From an uncultured virus (IMG/VR IMGVR_UViG_3300042691_048250) (lineage: Duplodnaviria; Heunggongvirae; Uroviricota; Caudoviricetes): DNA of 64,000 bases. The translations under genes were made by a program, and so were the position numbers. A model generated the notes under the pieces. The model searched no databases, was not told the DNA's origin, and saw only the letters and a program-made list of their open reading frames with translations. How positions within the stretch are numbered: the stretch's first letter is position 1; the number at the start of each line of letters is the position of its first letter. Below, piece by piece: positions 47,384 through 57,753 of this stretch. Location of the stretch: the IMG/VR virus record IMGVR_UViG_3300042691_048250; one strand, 5' to 3'.

Positions 47384-47632
47384 ATGGCAGTAGATTTAGC
47401 ACATGATCTGTGGCAAGAGATCAAGAGATACGTTTCGGTGGTAGACAGACACGATGCCGCAGACGCAGTGGTCAGTTTACTCATTGACAATGACTACGAT
47501 GCTGGGCAGATAAAAGATGCCTTCAAAGGCGATAGTGATATCAAACGTGCGTTGCAGAGTTATCTTAATGATGCGGTAGATGATGAGGACCTCGACGAAG
47601 AGGATGAGGACGAGTACGACAACAATTATTGA
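47384..47632 (+). CDS. Small acidic hypothetical protein
   Basis: 82 aa, GAGGA SD, D/E-rich tail. Confidence 0.75.
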   Translation: MAVDLAHDLWQEIKRYVSVVDRHDAADAVVSLLIDNDYDAGQIKDAFKGDSDIKRALQSYLNDAVDDEDLDEEDEDEYDNNY

Positions 47633-48882
47633 TGTCGAAAAAATATTTTCCCATACGCACAGACACGTCTTGCCAGCTCAAGTGGAACTGGTCTACCTTG
47701 TATCTTCATCAAGGTAACACAGCCAGTTGCCATCGCACAGCCAGCAGTGAATTCACTGTTGAAAATTTCCATAAATTTCATAATACCGATCGAAAGCAGC
47801 GAGAAAGATCACAAATGTTGCAAGGTCAGTGGCCTACAGACAGTTGTCAATATTGTAAAAACATCGAAGATTCTGGTGGCTTCAGTGATCGCATGTTGCA
47901 TCTTGAAATTCCAAATATGTCACCGCCGGAACTGGAAAATGATCCTACATCTGTAGTTGTATCTCCAACGATATTGGAAGTGTATTTTGATAACAAATGT
48001 AATCTGGCGTGTTTGTATTGCACGCCAGAGTTAAGCAGTAAAATACATCAAGAAAATGTAAAATTTGGAAATTTTGAATCGGACGGTATATCTCTTAAGC
48101 CCTCGAGCAAAAGTGTTGATCATGATGCTTATGTAGATCTTTTCTGGGCGTGGATGCGCGATAATTCACAGGGTTTACGCAGGCTCAATGTCTTGGGCGG
48201 CGAACCGTTTTACCAAGATGAGTTTTACCAACTGATAACATATCTTGAGCAAAATCCACATCCTGAATTGGAATTAGGTATAATAACCAATCTCATGATT
48301 ACGCCGGCAAAATTGCAACATCTCATCGTGAAATTCAAATCTTTGTTGGTCAATAGGAATGTCAAACGTATAGATATCACTGCCAGTATAGATTGCTGGG
48401 GCGAACCGCAAGAGTATGTGCGGTATGGATTGAATCTTGAACGATGGCAATCTAATTTTGAAAACTTGTTACAGAATCGTTGGTTGACTATGAATATTAA
48501 TCAGACCATATCTGTGCTAACGATAAAAACTATGCCTGACTTGTTATCAAGATTGCAATTATGGAAAAGCCAAAGACCAGTGGGACACTTTTTTTCAGAG
48601 GTCAGCCCGCAACCCTCATACCTTATGCCGCACATACTGGGTCCAGAAGTGTTTGATCAAGACTTTAATAAGATCATATCTCTCATGCCCGAGCACAACA
48701 AACAAGATAGCATGGCTCGATCATATATGTTAGGCATACGTGATCATATAAGTGCTAATAGGCCAAACCAACAAGAAAAAAATCGACTGAAGATTTTTTT
48801 GGATGAAAAAGACCGCCGACGCAATACCAACTGGCGTAAAATCTTTCCATGGCTGGCCAAGGAGATAGATCATGTGGTATAG
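47632..48882 (+). CDS. Radical SAM protein with N-terminal Cys-rich domain
   Basis: CNLACLYC, GGEP, SID...YVRYG..W; appears more AT-rich than its neighbours. Confidence 0.9.
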   Translation: MSKKYFPIRTDTSCQLKWNWSTLYLHQGNTASCHRTASSEFTVENFHKFHNTDRKQRERSQMLQGQWPTDSCQYCKNIEDSGGFSDRMLHLEIPNMSPPELENDPTSVVVSPTILEVYFDNKCNLACLYCTPELSSKIHQENVKFGNFESDGISLKPSSKSVDHDAYVDLFWAWMRDNSQGLRRLNVLGGEPFYQDEFYQLITYLEQNPHPELELGIITNLMITPAKLQHLIVKFKSLLVNRNVKRIDITASIDCWGEPQEYVRYGLNLERWQSNFENLLQNRWLTMNINQTISVLTIKTMPDLLSRLQLWKSQRPVGHFFSEVSPQPSYLMPHILGPEVFDQDFNKIISLMPEHNKQDSMARSYMLGIRDHISANRPNQQEKNRLKIFLDEKDRRRNTNWRKIFPWLAKEIDHVV

Positions 48883-49324
48883 TCGTGTAGTCAGCAATCT
48901 TGGTGCCATTCCAGATTTCATCTCTCACTATGAAAAAGAATTATTTGAAGCCAAGCAAGAATGCCGCATTGGTGGATTCGTTGAGACCAATATCAAAGAA
49001 TTGCCTGGAATCACCGAACATCGTTTCAATCAATTGCAAGAGATAGAAGCCATACTGAACTATCTCAACATCCAATTAAGGAAAATACGCCGCAGGCATT
49101 TCCAAAAGTATCTGGAAAACTATGCCCGTGCTCTTAGCGATAGAACCGCAGAAAAATACGTAGATGGCGAAGAAGAAGTCATTGACATGGAGACCATAAT
49201 CAATGAAGTGGCCTTGTTGCGCAATCGCTGGCTGGGTATTATGAAAGGGCTGGATACTAAACAGTGGCAGATGGGTCATATCGTGCGCTTGAGGACAGCA
49301 GGCATGGAGGATATACAAGTATGA
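48872..49324 (+). CDS. uvsY: Recombination mediator
   Basis: 150 aa helical; KYVDGE, GIMKGL..K.WQ...I..LR.AG; near uvsX. Confidence 0.8.
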   Translation: MWYSRVVSNLGAIPDFISHYEKELFEAKQECRIGGFVETNIKELPGITEHRFNQLQEIEAILNYLNIQLRKIRRRHFQKYLENYARALSDRTAEKYVDGEEEVIDMETIINEVALLRNRWLGIMKGLDTKQWQMGHIVRLRTAGMEDIQV

Positions 49325-50082
49325 CACATCAAGGATTTGCCAGTCCTGAACAAAGCCATGCCCATAGCCTCCAAACCTTGAACGTGTTGTATGAGTTTGA
49401 TGATTTCATGGAAAGCGTGGGCTCGGTCCTGGATCTTGGATGTGGTGATGGATTAGACATGCAATGGTGGGCCACTGCGACCACACGTGATGAAGACAGC
49501 CCCCAACCTCTGAATATCAGGTGCATGGGCGTGGATCGCACCGAACACATCGCTGTGCGGCATCCTAATATCATGTATCGTTGCCGAGATTTTGAGCAGT
49601 TATCAGACATGCCCAAACAAACTTATGATATATTATGGTGCCATGACGCTTTTCAATATGTTATAGATCCTTTTAGTACGTTGAGACTTTGGCATGAACG
49701 CACCAATGATGATGGAATGTTGGTACTGATCATACCGCAGACTACCAATACAAAATTCAATCGGCAAGACATAGGTCAGGTCTCGGGAGTGTACTGGCAT
49801 TGGACCTTGGTCAATCTCATACACGTCTTGGCAGTGACTGGATGGGATTGCCACGGTGGCTTTTTCCGCAAGGCAGTAGACGATCCTTGGCTCCATGCAG
49901 TGGTATACAAAGGTGCCAGACCTGATTTTGATGCACGTCATATCTCATGGTATGAATTGGCCGAGCGAGGATTGCTACCGCAATCAGCTCAAGATGGCGT
50001 AAACAGTCGAGGCTATCTCGATCAGCAGGATCTTGTTTTGCCATGGTTAGATAAAAGTCTAATATCCTATAGAGACTATTAG
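49321..50082 (+). CDS. Class I SAM-dependent methyltransferase
   Basis: VLDLGCGDG, YDILWCHD. Confidence 0.85.
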   Translation: MTHQGFASPEQSHAHSLQTLNVLYEFDDFMESVGSVLDLGCGDGLDMQWWATATTRDEDSPQPLNIRCMGVDRTEHIAVRHPNIMYRCRDFEQLSDMPKQTYDILWCHDAFQYVIDPFSTLRLWHERTNDDGMLVLIIPQTTNTKFNRQDIGQVSGVYWHWTLVNLIHVLAVTGWDCHGGFFRKAVDDPWLHAVVYKGARPDFDARHISWYELAERGLLPQSAQDGVNSRGYLDQQDLVLPWLDKSLISYRDY

Positions 50083-50100
50083 CACCATAATCTACCCAGA

Positions 50101-50106
50101 TAAATA
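50101..50106 (+). promoter_or_regulatory. Late promoter core heading the glycan cluster
   Basis: TAAATA followed by AAGGA and ATG 50128. Confidence 0.65.
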
Positions 50107-50127
50107 TGTATCAAGGATGGGTACTTT

Positions 50128-50856
50128 ATGGGTTTCAGCAATCTAATAACCAAAGCAGTGGCTACAGTAGTACCAGAACTACTGACACAAAAAAAGCCTA
50201 CCGTAGTCGAACTGGGCAATCAAACTCTTAAAAACAGCAAAAGTCGAGGCGAAGTATACACTGCCTTGGGCATAAAATCGCCACAGGAATTGGCCAACAC
50301 CAAGGACTGGTATCTCAGCCTGGGATTCAGTCGTTATTTGGCCATTGATGTCAATACCGAGCGTGATGCAGTGGCCATGGATCTCAATGTAGACATACCG
50401 CAGACTTATGGATTCGCCGAACAGTTTGATCTGGTCACAAACAATGGCACTGGGGAGCATGTGTTTAATCAATACATGGTGTTCAAAAATGCACACGATC
50501 TCTGTCGAGTGGGCGGATTCATGATACATGTCCTACCATTCTATCGCTGGGTTGATCACGGATTCTTCAACTACAATCCCAACTTGTTTCCTTGCCTGGC
50601 CAATCAAAATGGATATGAACTTAGAGAATTATGGATAGCCAGCAGTGATGCTCATTCGTTGCACAAGTTAGATGTGAACAATCTTGGACGAAACAAGGGG
50701 TACAGAGGTAAGTTGGATCTTGACTCATGGGAGAGCGATCCCATGGTGGCCGCTGTGTTCCGCAAAGTCAAAGATGCACCGTTTGAGATTCCTATCCAAC
50801 ACATGTATGGTGGTGAAAACATCAGCGACGATGGCATCGCTGGAAATTATCGATGA
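50128..50856 (+). CDS. SAM-dependent methyltransferase-like protein
   Basis: VVELG, AID, DLN, FDLVTNNGTGEHVFNQ, HGFF. Confidence 0.75.
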   Translation: MGFSNLITKAVATVVPELLTQKKPTVVELGNQTLKNSKSRGEVYTALGIKSPQELANTKDWYLSLGFSRYLAIDVNTERDAVAMDLNVDIPQTYGFAEQFDLVTNNGTGEHVFNQYMVFKNAHDLCRVGGFMIHVLPFYRWVDHGFFNYNPNLFPCLANQNGYELRELWIASSDAHSLHKLDVNNLGRNKGYRGKLDLDSWESDPMVAAVFRKVKDAPFEIPIQHMYGGENISDDGIAGNYR

Positions 50857-51512
50857 TCACTGCTAACGGACCTTATTCCGAACAGGAACTTGCAGTGGCC
50901 GAACGTGTGCGCGAGTTCACGATGACCAGCGGAAAATTCGTGATTTTTACCCAGCGCCTGATCCAAGATCTCAATCAACGAGACACGCCCGGAGCGGTGG
51001 TAGAATGTGGTGTCTGGCGCGGAGGCCAGATCATGGCAGCTGCCATGGTTGACGATCATGAAAGAGATTATTGGCTCTATGATACATTTGAAGGTATGCA
51101 AGGCGTGTCTGAATATGATTATAGAGAAGGCAAACATGCCACTGAAAGTTTAAAATGGCGCAAAGGTGGACACGAAGGCCGCAACTGGTGCAGGGCCGAT
51201 CTAGATGATGTGCAGACCAATGTATGGTCGGTGTTGCCCCCGCATAGGACACATTTCATCAAGGGAGATGTAAGCCAAACTTTGACATCATCGGATCTAC
51301 CGGATCAGATAGCATTTTTGAGATTGGACACAGATTTTTATCTCAGCACAAAGATTGAGTTAGAAGTGTTATATCCTCGACTGGTCAGTGGTGGGTATCT
51401 CGTGATTGATGACTATCACAGTTGGGATGGTGCTAAAAAAGCCGTGGATGAATATTTTGGCCCCGACCAAGAATTCACCAAACAAAAATTTGTAGTGGTG
51501 CAGAAATCATGA
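50853..51512 (+). CDS. TylF/MycF-family sugar O-methyltransferase
   Basis: VECGVWRGG, YDTFEG, LRLDTDFY.ST, IDDY..W.G..KAVDEY. Confidence 0.92.
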   Translation: MITANGPYSEQELAVAERVREFTMTSGKFVIFTQRLIQDLNQRDTPGAVVECGVWRGGQIMAAAMVDDHERDYWLYDTFEGMQGVSEYDYREGKHATESLKWRKGGHEGRNWCRADLDDVQTNVWSVLPPHRTHFIKGDVSQTLTSSDLPDQIAFLRLDTDFYLSTKIELEVLYPRLVSGGYLVIDDYHSWDGAKKAVDEYFGPDQEFTKQKFVVVQKS

Positions 51513-52318
51513 ATCCCACTTGGACATGTTTTACCAGTTTTAATCGCAGGCTATACGACATCATCGCCGCGGAGATGCTGGCCTCATGGTTGCATCACTG
51601 GCCCCAAGATGCAAAAATGGTTGTGTATCTCGAAGACGATATCGATTTGCCCACAGATCCTCGACTTGAGATCAGAGACTGGCAGACCTGTTGCGGTCAA
51701 AACTTTGATCATATCGCGCAGAACTCAACCACACTGATGCCTCATTGGGGCAGTCAGCATACTCAACGCTATACCAAAAAAGGACTGGCCTGGATCCATA
51801 TGATGAATCACAGTCGCGATCGGATATGCTGGTTAGATGCAGATAGTTTTACCATGCGCCCTTTTGAATCCTATAATCTGGATCGTGCGCTGGAAGATTA
51901 CTGTGTGGCACTGTTTGATGTGAGTCGGCCCGTGGATGATCGATTGGTCGTTACCGCAGAAAGTGGCTTCGTATTGATCGACACTGCACATGCTGATTTT
52001 TCCAAATTCCGAGATGAATATTCGCGCTATTATCTTGAGCCTTGCATGCCTGAATCAGCATGGATGTTTTGGGACGGAGAGATATGCATGCATGCGGCAT
52101 TAACCGTGGATCATGTCAATCTTCGATCTCAATGCCATAGGAAAAAAAGCACACCCATACATGGTCATTGGTTGGGAGAATGGTTTCGCCATATGAAAAC
52201 CAAGAGGAAAAAACACTGGCCTCTTTCAGCCTATAGAGAACTATGGCTTAATGGTCAAGAATTATCGCAGGATGACGTTAAGCCATTTTATCAACAAGGA
52301 AACAGCGATGCATCTTGA
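51509..52318 (+). CDS. GT-A glycosyltransferase-like protein
   Basis: WLDAD (DxD), ESGF, H.K; paralogous to 56917-57753. Confidence 0.7.
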   Translation: MNPTWTCFTSFNRRLYDIIAAEMLASWLHHWPQDAKMVVYLEDDIDLPTDPRLEIRDWQTCCGQNFDHIAQNSTTLMPHWGSQHTQRYTKKGLAWIHMMNHSRDRICWLDADSFTMRPFESYNLDRALEDYCVALFDVSRPVDDRLVVTAESGFVLIDTAHADFSKFRDEYSRYYLEPCMPESAWMFWDGEICMHAALTVDHVNLRSQCHRKKSTPIHGHWLGEWFRHMKTKRKKHWPLSAYRELWLNGQELSQDDVKPFYQQGNSDAS

Positions 52319-53042
52319 TGTAACACAAACCATAACCAAGGATGATCTTATACAAGATCCCTGTCCTTATTTCTGCATCCATGATGCTTTACCGCAGCCT
52401 TTGTATGATCAACTCATTGCTGAATATCCTGAAACACACATGATGCAGGATGGCAAGACACATTTCCAGGCACGTCGATATCGTCAGCACGAATTTGTTC
52501 CAGGCACTGTGACTCCACTGTGGCAAGAATTTGTGGCCTATCACAACAGCGTGTCTTTTAAAAATCGTGTGTTAGATCTATTTGAACCAGCCCTGGAAAA
52601 GTATTATCCGGAGTTTGCACAAGATCTACGTGATGCAGGAGTATCAGAACGGCATGATGGCCGCGCTGGCACAGTGCAGATGGAAGTGCAGTTCGTGCTC
52701 AATGGTCAGCAAGATACCACGGTGCGCACTACGCATTTGGACAACAGTCGCGAATTATTCGCTGGCCTATTGTATATGCGCAAACCAGAGGATCAAAGCA
52801 CCGGGGGCGATATACAGGTGTTCCGCAAACTGGTGCCCGCTCCAGAATACACTGGAATCAGAGAAGTCAATCCAGATCATGTCGCCCCATCTGGTACGGT
52901 ACCTTATCGTGCCAACACTATGATACTGTTTCTTAATACCCATGATACCATACATGGAGTCACGCCAAGAATTGGCGCCACCTGTGTGCGCAGATACATA
53001 AACATTGACGCACACCAAGATCGAAAGCTTTTCCGAGTATGA
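52308..53042 (+). CDS. 2OG-Fe(II) oxygenase
   Basis: HLD...GGD...HGV...RRY facial triad and 2OG-binding Arg. Confidence 0.85.
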   Translation: MHLDVTQTITKDDLIQDPCPYFCIHDALPQPLYDQLIAEYPETHMMQDGKTHFQARRYRQHEFVPGTVTPLWQEFVAYHNSVSFKNRVLDLFEPALEKYYPEFAQDLRDAGVSERHDGRAGTVQMEVQFVLNGQQDTTVRTTHLDNSRELFAGLLYMRKPEDQSTGGDIQVFRKLVPAPEYTGIREVNPDHVAPSGTVPYRANTMILFLNTHDTIHGVTPRIGATCVRRYINIDAHQDRKLFRV

Positions 53043-53599
53043 CAATAATAAATCAAGACTATCAAGCCCAGATACAGGCCATGCACGAAGGTGGCAAGTT
53101 TAATAATGGCGCCAAGCAGTTCAAATTGGTGAGACCATTTTTGGAAGAATATCGCCCAACTGCTTTGTTGGATTTTGGTTGCGGCAAAGGTGCCCTGATC
53201 GCCACTATCAAAGAATCATTCCCTGATATCAAGTGTTGGGGGTATGATCCTGGGAATCCTGTCTACAGTCTCATGCCCAATCGAACCTTTGACACAGTGA
53301 TCAGCACTGATGCCATAGAGCATATCGAGCCAGAGCATTTGGCAGAGACCTTGGCCTTGATATCTGCTAAGATGGAACGCTGTGGATTTTTCCGCATAGC
53401 TTGCCATCCTGCCAAAAAAATCTTGCCCGATGGCCGTAACTGCCATCTCATAGTGCAAGAACCTGATTGGTGGCGCCAGCAGGTTTTGCAAAACATGGCC
53501 GTGGACATTGTATGGGAGCGTATGGAAACATTTGACCGTAGAGAAAAAAATCCCATATTGTTTGGCAGCAAATACGACATCATAGTGAAGAAGAAATGA
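53039..53599 (+). CDS. Class I SAM-dependent methyltransferase
   Basis: LLDFGCGKG, GYDP, FD.V.STD..EHI. Confidence 0.88.
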   Translation: MTIINQDYQAQIQAMHEGGKFNNGAKQFKLVRPFLEEYRPTALLDFGCGKGALIATIKESFPDIKCWGYDPGNPVYSLMPNRTFDTVISTDAIEHIEPEHLAETLALISAKMERCGFFRIACHPAKKILPDGRNCHLIVQEPDWWRQQVLQNMAVDIVWERMETFDRREKNPILFGSKYDIIVKKK

Positions 53600-54366
53600 A
53601 AAAGATAGTATTAATCACCGGAGGATTTGATCCTGTGCATTCAGGGCACATCAATTATATCAAGGCAGCGAGAGAACTGGGCGACATCCTTGTAGTAGGG
53701 GTCAACAGCGACGCCTGGCTGAGGAAGAAAAAAGGTCGCAGTTTTATGCCTTTGTTAGAACGTACCAACATCTTGCGCAACATCGTAGGTGTAGATTATG
53801 TCATTGATTTTGATGATGCGGATGGTACTGCCAAGCAAGCTATCCGCATGGTGCGCCAGAGTTATCCCCAAGATCAGATCATATTTGCCAACGGTGGCGA
53901 CAGGACTAATGAAAACATCCCTGAAATGGATGTGGCCGACGACAATGTGAAATTTGTGTTTGGTATAGGCGGATTCAACAAAAGCAATTCTTCATCCTGG
54001 ATACTGGAAGAATGGAAAGCACCCCAGACCCGACGGCAGTGGGGATATTATCGCGTGTTGCATGAATCCGCAGGCGTTAAAGTCAAAGAACTCACTGTGG
54101 ACCCGGGAGCGGCCTTGAGCATGCAACGTCACCAAGATCGAGCTGAATTCTGGTTGGTAGCCTCTGGAGAGGCCACTGTGTATACCGTGGACTCAACTAC
54201 CACAGACACTGAATTGCAAGGTCGCTATCAGCGTCACCAATATTTGCACATCGACACTTATGAATGGCACCAGTTGGTCAATGAAGACCCTAACCCACTC
54301 AAGATAGTGGAAATACAGTATGGTGATCGTTGTGAAGAAGAGGACATAGAGAGAAAGTTGGTATGA
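53596..54366 (+). CDS. Cytidylyl/adenylyltransferase fused to a cupin (type II mannose-6-P-isomerase-like) domain
   Basis: GGFDPVHSGH (HxGH), GVNSD, NGGDR, SSS; then R.WG.Y, LSMQRH..R.E.W, EIQYG..C.E.DIER. Confidence 0.9.
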   Translation: MKKIVLITGGFDPVHSGHINYIKAARELGDILVVGVNSDAWLRKKKGRSFMPLLERTNILRNIVGVDYVIDFDDADGTAKQAIRMVRQSYPQDQIIFANGGDRTNENIPEMDVADDNVKFVFGIGGFNKSNSSSWILEEWKAPQTRRQWGYYRVLHESAGVKVKELTVDPGAALSMQRHQDRAEFWLVASGEATVYTVDSTTTDTELQGRYQRHQYLHIDTYEWHQLVNEDPNPLKIVEIQYGDRCEEEDIERKLV

Positions 54367-56009
54367 TCAATGTGTACATAGGCTGGGACAGCCGAGAACC
54401 CATAGCCGCTGATGTTTGCAAATACAGCATAGAAAAGAACACCAATGAGCCGACCAATATCGTCATGCTCAAGCAAGATGAACTAAGAGATGGATTGCTA
54501 TACACACGCCCCAGAGACATCCAAGGCAGCACAGAATTTACTTTTACCAGATTTTTGGTGCCCAGGCTCAACGAGTACAAAGGATGGGCAGTTTTTTGCG
54601 ATTGCGATTTCTTGTGGTTGGGTGATATCAAGCAACTTATCGCCCAGGCCGACGATCGCTATGCAGTGATGCTGGTCAAACACGACTACCGCCCCCAGAA
54701 CACTGTCAAGATGGATGGCAAGAAACAAGAATACTACCCAAGGAAAAATTGGTCCAGCATGGTACTGTTTAATTGTGCTCACCCAAAAAATGCTTGGTTG
54801 ACACCGTATCATATCAACAATGCCACAGGGCAAGAGTTACATAGATTCTCATGGTTGGATGATGAAGACATTGGTTCTATAAGTCCCGAGTGGAATTGGT
54901 TAGTAGGTTGGTATCATCAACCGTGGGACGGGGTACCCAAGGCCTTGCACTATACCGAAGGTGGACCGTGGTTCAGCAACTATGTTGATTGTGAGTATAG
55001 CGATGTCTGGTTGGAATACAAGGAAAAATTAGAGTCTACATATGTCAATCATGACACATTTGGTATAGATGATCTTGTGTTACCGCCCAAGTACAAACGA
55101 GTGTTCAGTCTCATACAAGAGTACACAGAAGATCCGTATCATTGCTTTGGGGGAGATGCTACCCGCGATCAAATCACTTCTTGGTTGGACAACATACGGA
55201 CCAACCAATTGATCGGCATCAGCGAAGAAGAGGACTTGTCAAAAAAAATGAAAACCAAAGGTGCAAAATATGATGGCATCGTGCATGCCTTTGTTCAGGG
55301 TGCGGTGGGTTGCATGGCACCCTGGAATCACGCAGAAAATCTCAGATCACCCATAGCACTGCGCAGTATCGCCAAGAAAAAAATAATGAAACAGTGCTTG
55401 GTGGACAAGAGAGATTTCTATTACATAGACACAGGATACTTTGGCAATCGTAAGTTGAAAGATTATCATCGCGTGACCAAAAATGCCATGCAATGGCTGG
55501 GACCCGTTGAGGATCGCCCAGCCGATCGATTGGAAAGGACTCGAGTAAAAGCCCGACCCATGACTCCTGGCAGCAAAATATTGGTTTGCCCACCTTCAGC
55601 CAAGGCCATGAGTTACTGGGAGTTAGATGAAAAACAATGGGTAGAAGACACCATAGCAGAAATTAAAAAACACACAGACAGAGAAATCGTGGTGCGCCTA
55701 AAACAACCAAGAGAAGTGCGTGCCACTGTAGATACCATGGAACATGCCCTGGCACAAGATATCCACTGCATGGTGACCTTCAACAGCATCGCAGCTGTAG
55801 AAAGTTTGATCTATGGCAAACCAGTATTCACCATGGGTCCCAACGCCGCTGGCCCATTGGCCAATACAGATATATCAAAGATCGATGATCCAAAAGTTCC
55901 TACGTTGGATCAAGTTGAGTCTCTTCTCAGGTGCCTGGCATATCATCAGTTCACTGTGGAAGAAATGCGCAGTGGTTATGCCTGGGCCGTGTTGAATGGG
56001 CAGGCATAA
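54363..56009 (+). CDS. Two-domain glycosyltransferase: GT8-like GT-A plus KpsS/KpsC-like GT-B
   Basis: STEF.F.RFLVP, DCD, RKNWSS, HYTEGGPW; C-terminal YIDTGY...VTFNSIAAVESLIYGKP. Confidence 0.85.
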   Translation: MINVYIGWDSREPIAADVCKYSIEKNTNEPTNIVMLKQDELRDGLLYTRPRDIQGSTEFTFTRFLVPRLNEYKGWAVFCDCDFLWLGDIKQLIAQADDRYAVMLVKHDYRPQNTVKMDGKKQEYYPRKNWSSMVLFNCAHPKNAWLTPYHINNATGQELHRFSWLDDEDIGSISPEWNWLVGWYHQPWDGVPKALHYTEGGPWFSNYVDCEYSDVWLEYKEKLESTYVNHDTFGIDDLVLPPKYKRVFSLIQEYTEDPYHCFGGDATRDQITSWLDNIRTNQLIGISEEEDLSKKMKTKGAKYDGIVHAFVQGAVGCMAPWNHAENLRSPIALRSIAKKKIMKQCLVDKRDFYYIDTGYFGNRKLKDYHRVTKNAMQWLGPVEDRPADRLERTRVKARPMTPGSKILVCPPSAKAMSYWELDEKQWVEDTIAEIKKHTDREIVVRLKQPREVRATVDTMEHALAQDIHCMVTFNSIAAVESLIYGKPVFTMGPNAAGPLANTDISKIDDPKVPTLDQVESLLRCLAYHQFTVEEMRSGYAWAVLNGQA

Positions 56010-56920
56010 TGAAGATAGCGGTGTATCTTGCCGCGGTACCGGCCAAGACTAAGAATCAAGCCAAGCGAGATTTTCTTTTACGATTCGGCCAAGGTGCCAA
56101 GGCCTGCGGCGAAGAAGTCTGGTTGGTAGAAGACCATACTGTGATTGACGCAGACATTGCTGTGTTGCAGGGATGGGTAGGTATGAAGTCAGCACCTCAT
56201 CTTGAGCTCCGTCGCAAGGTTATCAAAGAACAGCGCAAGAAAAATAAACATACACTGGTCATTGACAGCAATCTCTACGGCTTTTTAGATACAGCTGACA
56301 AAGATAGATATCTAAGATACAGCCTGGACGGAATTTTCCCGACCACTGGTTTTTATTTTGACAATCGCATAGATCCTGCTCGCTGGGCCGAAATCAAAAA
56401 CAGTTATGGTTTCCAAGAGCGTCCATGGCGTAGCCAGGGACAGTACGTGCTGATATGTTTGCAAAGGGACGGTGGTTGGAGCATGGATGGCTTCTCCATA
56501 CTACAATGGTTAGATACCATCATACCACGTATCCGTGCTATAACAAATAGGCAAATTTTGATTAGGCCGCATCCGGGGAGTTTACGCACCGTTCCTGATG
56601 TGCGCAAACGATGGCCCGACATCGCTGTCAGCGACAATGATGACATCAGGCAAGATCTGGACCGGGCCTGGTGCACAGTTACCTACAACAGCAGTCCGGG
56701 TGTGGCCAGTTTGTTGTGGGGTGTGCCTTCATTCATTACCGACCCAGATCCACGTCGAAGTCAAGTCAACGGGTGGGCTTGTACAGACTTGTCAATGATA
56801 GAAAATCCACCTCTGTTAGACCGGAGCGAGTTTTATCATAAACTGGCGCAATGTCATTTCGCCACCGATACCTTGGCCACAGGTGATGCCTGGCGCTTTA
56901 TGCGGGCTCGGCTGCCTTAG
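56009..56920 (+). CDS. KpsS/KpsC (capsule-synthesis, GT107)-like protein
   Basis: LQ..G, IRPHP, VTYNSSPGVASLLWGVP. Confidence 0.7.
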   Translation: MKIAVYLAAVPAKTKNQAKRDFLLRFGQGAKACGEEVWLVEDHTVIDADIAVLQGWVGMKSAPHLELRRKVIKEQRKKNKHTLVIDSNLYGFLDTADKDRYLRYSLDGIFPTTGFYFDNRIDPARWAEIKNSYGFQERPWRSQGQYVLICLQRDGGWSMDGFSILQWLDTIIPRIRAITNRQILIRPHPGSLRTVPDVRKRWPDIAVSDNDDIRQDLDRAWCTVTYNSSPGVASLLWGVPSFITDPDPRRSQVNGWACTDLSMIENPPLLDRSEFYHKLAQCHFATDTLATGDAWRFMRARLP

Positions 56921-57753
56921 TTAGATTTGAAAATTTTTTGCCAGTATCCCACATCGGCGTTGAGTCCCTGATTGCGCTGATAATCATCAGGCAGGCTGTG
57001 CCCCAATTCTTTGCGTTTGGATCCCTTCATATGATCCATGTACAATCCCAAGCGGCTGGCGATAAAAGGATGTCCTGGTCCCTTGCCCGGTAGTTCAGGA
57101 CTGATATTGGAAAATCTGGTTCCTGTCTGCTGGAATTCTTTGCGCAGGACATCAAAAACAAAACTGTCGTGATATTCTCTTAGAGCGAAAAGAGATCCCG
57201 TCATGTACAATTCACGCCAGCGATCTATAAATTTTGATAGTTCGGGATGCTTGCGATTGTAGGCTACCCATCCGCACTCACTGTGGTATTTTTCTCGCCG
57301 ACCAAGATAGCATGCCATGGCCTGGCTGTCACAAATCTCATCTAAGAACGTGTCCGGAACCGGTGCAAAAGTTTTTGTGTCTGCGTCTAACCATATGATC
57401 CAATCAGCATCGATACATTTGCAAGCATGTATCACGGCAAACACCTTGTGGCTGAATCTCACGGCATCCCATTTGAACGCATTGTCCTTGAAAGGCACAC
57501 CGGTATCTTTGGCTACCAGACCATTGGCAGCAGGATCATTGGCATGTCTGCGTTTGAACTCAACAAGATCCGGACTTACCGAAAGCAGATCCATGATCTG
57601 TACACGAGAGCTGGGCACACGCGGTTGGCATTGTTCAGTGTACACCGTGAGCCCCACTGAACCGGGCCAATGATGATCAAAGGCATCTATCATGGTTTGT
57701 CCATATTGGGCCATGCCCGGTGCATGGAAAGTGGTTATCACTTGATATTTCAC
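56917..57753 (-). CDS. GT-A glycosyltransferase-like protein
   Basis: AVRFSHKV, WLDAD, SECG, HDS.VFD, DHMKG. Confidence 0.75.
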   Translation of the reverse strand: MKYQVITTFHAPGMAQYGQTMIDAFDHHWPGSVGLTVYTEQCQPRVPSSRVQIMDLLSVSPDLVEFKRRHANDPAANGLVAKDTGVPFKDNAFKWDAVRFSHKVFAVIHACKCIDADWIIWLDADTKTFAPVPDTFLDEICDSQAMACYLGRREKYHSECGWVAYNRKHPELSKFIDRWRELYMTGSLFALREYHDSFVFDVLRKEFQQTGTRFSNISPELPGKGPGHPFIASRLGLYMDHMKGSKRKELGHSLPDDYQRNQGLNADVGYWQKIFKSN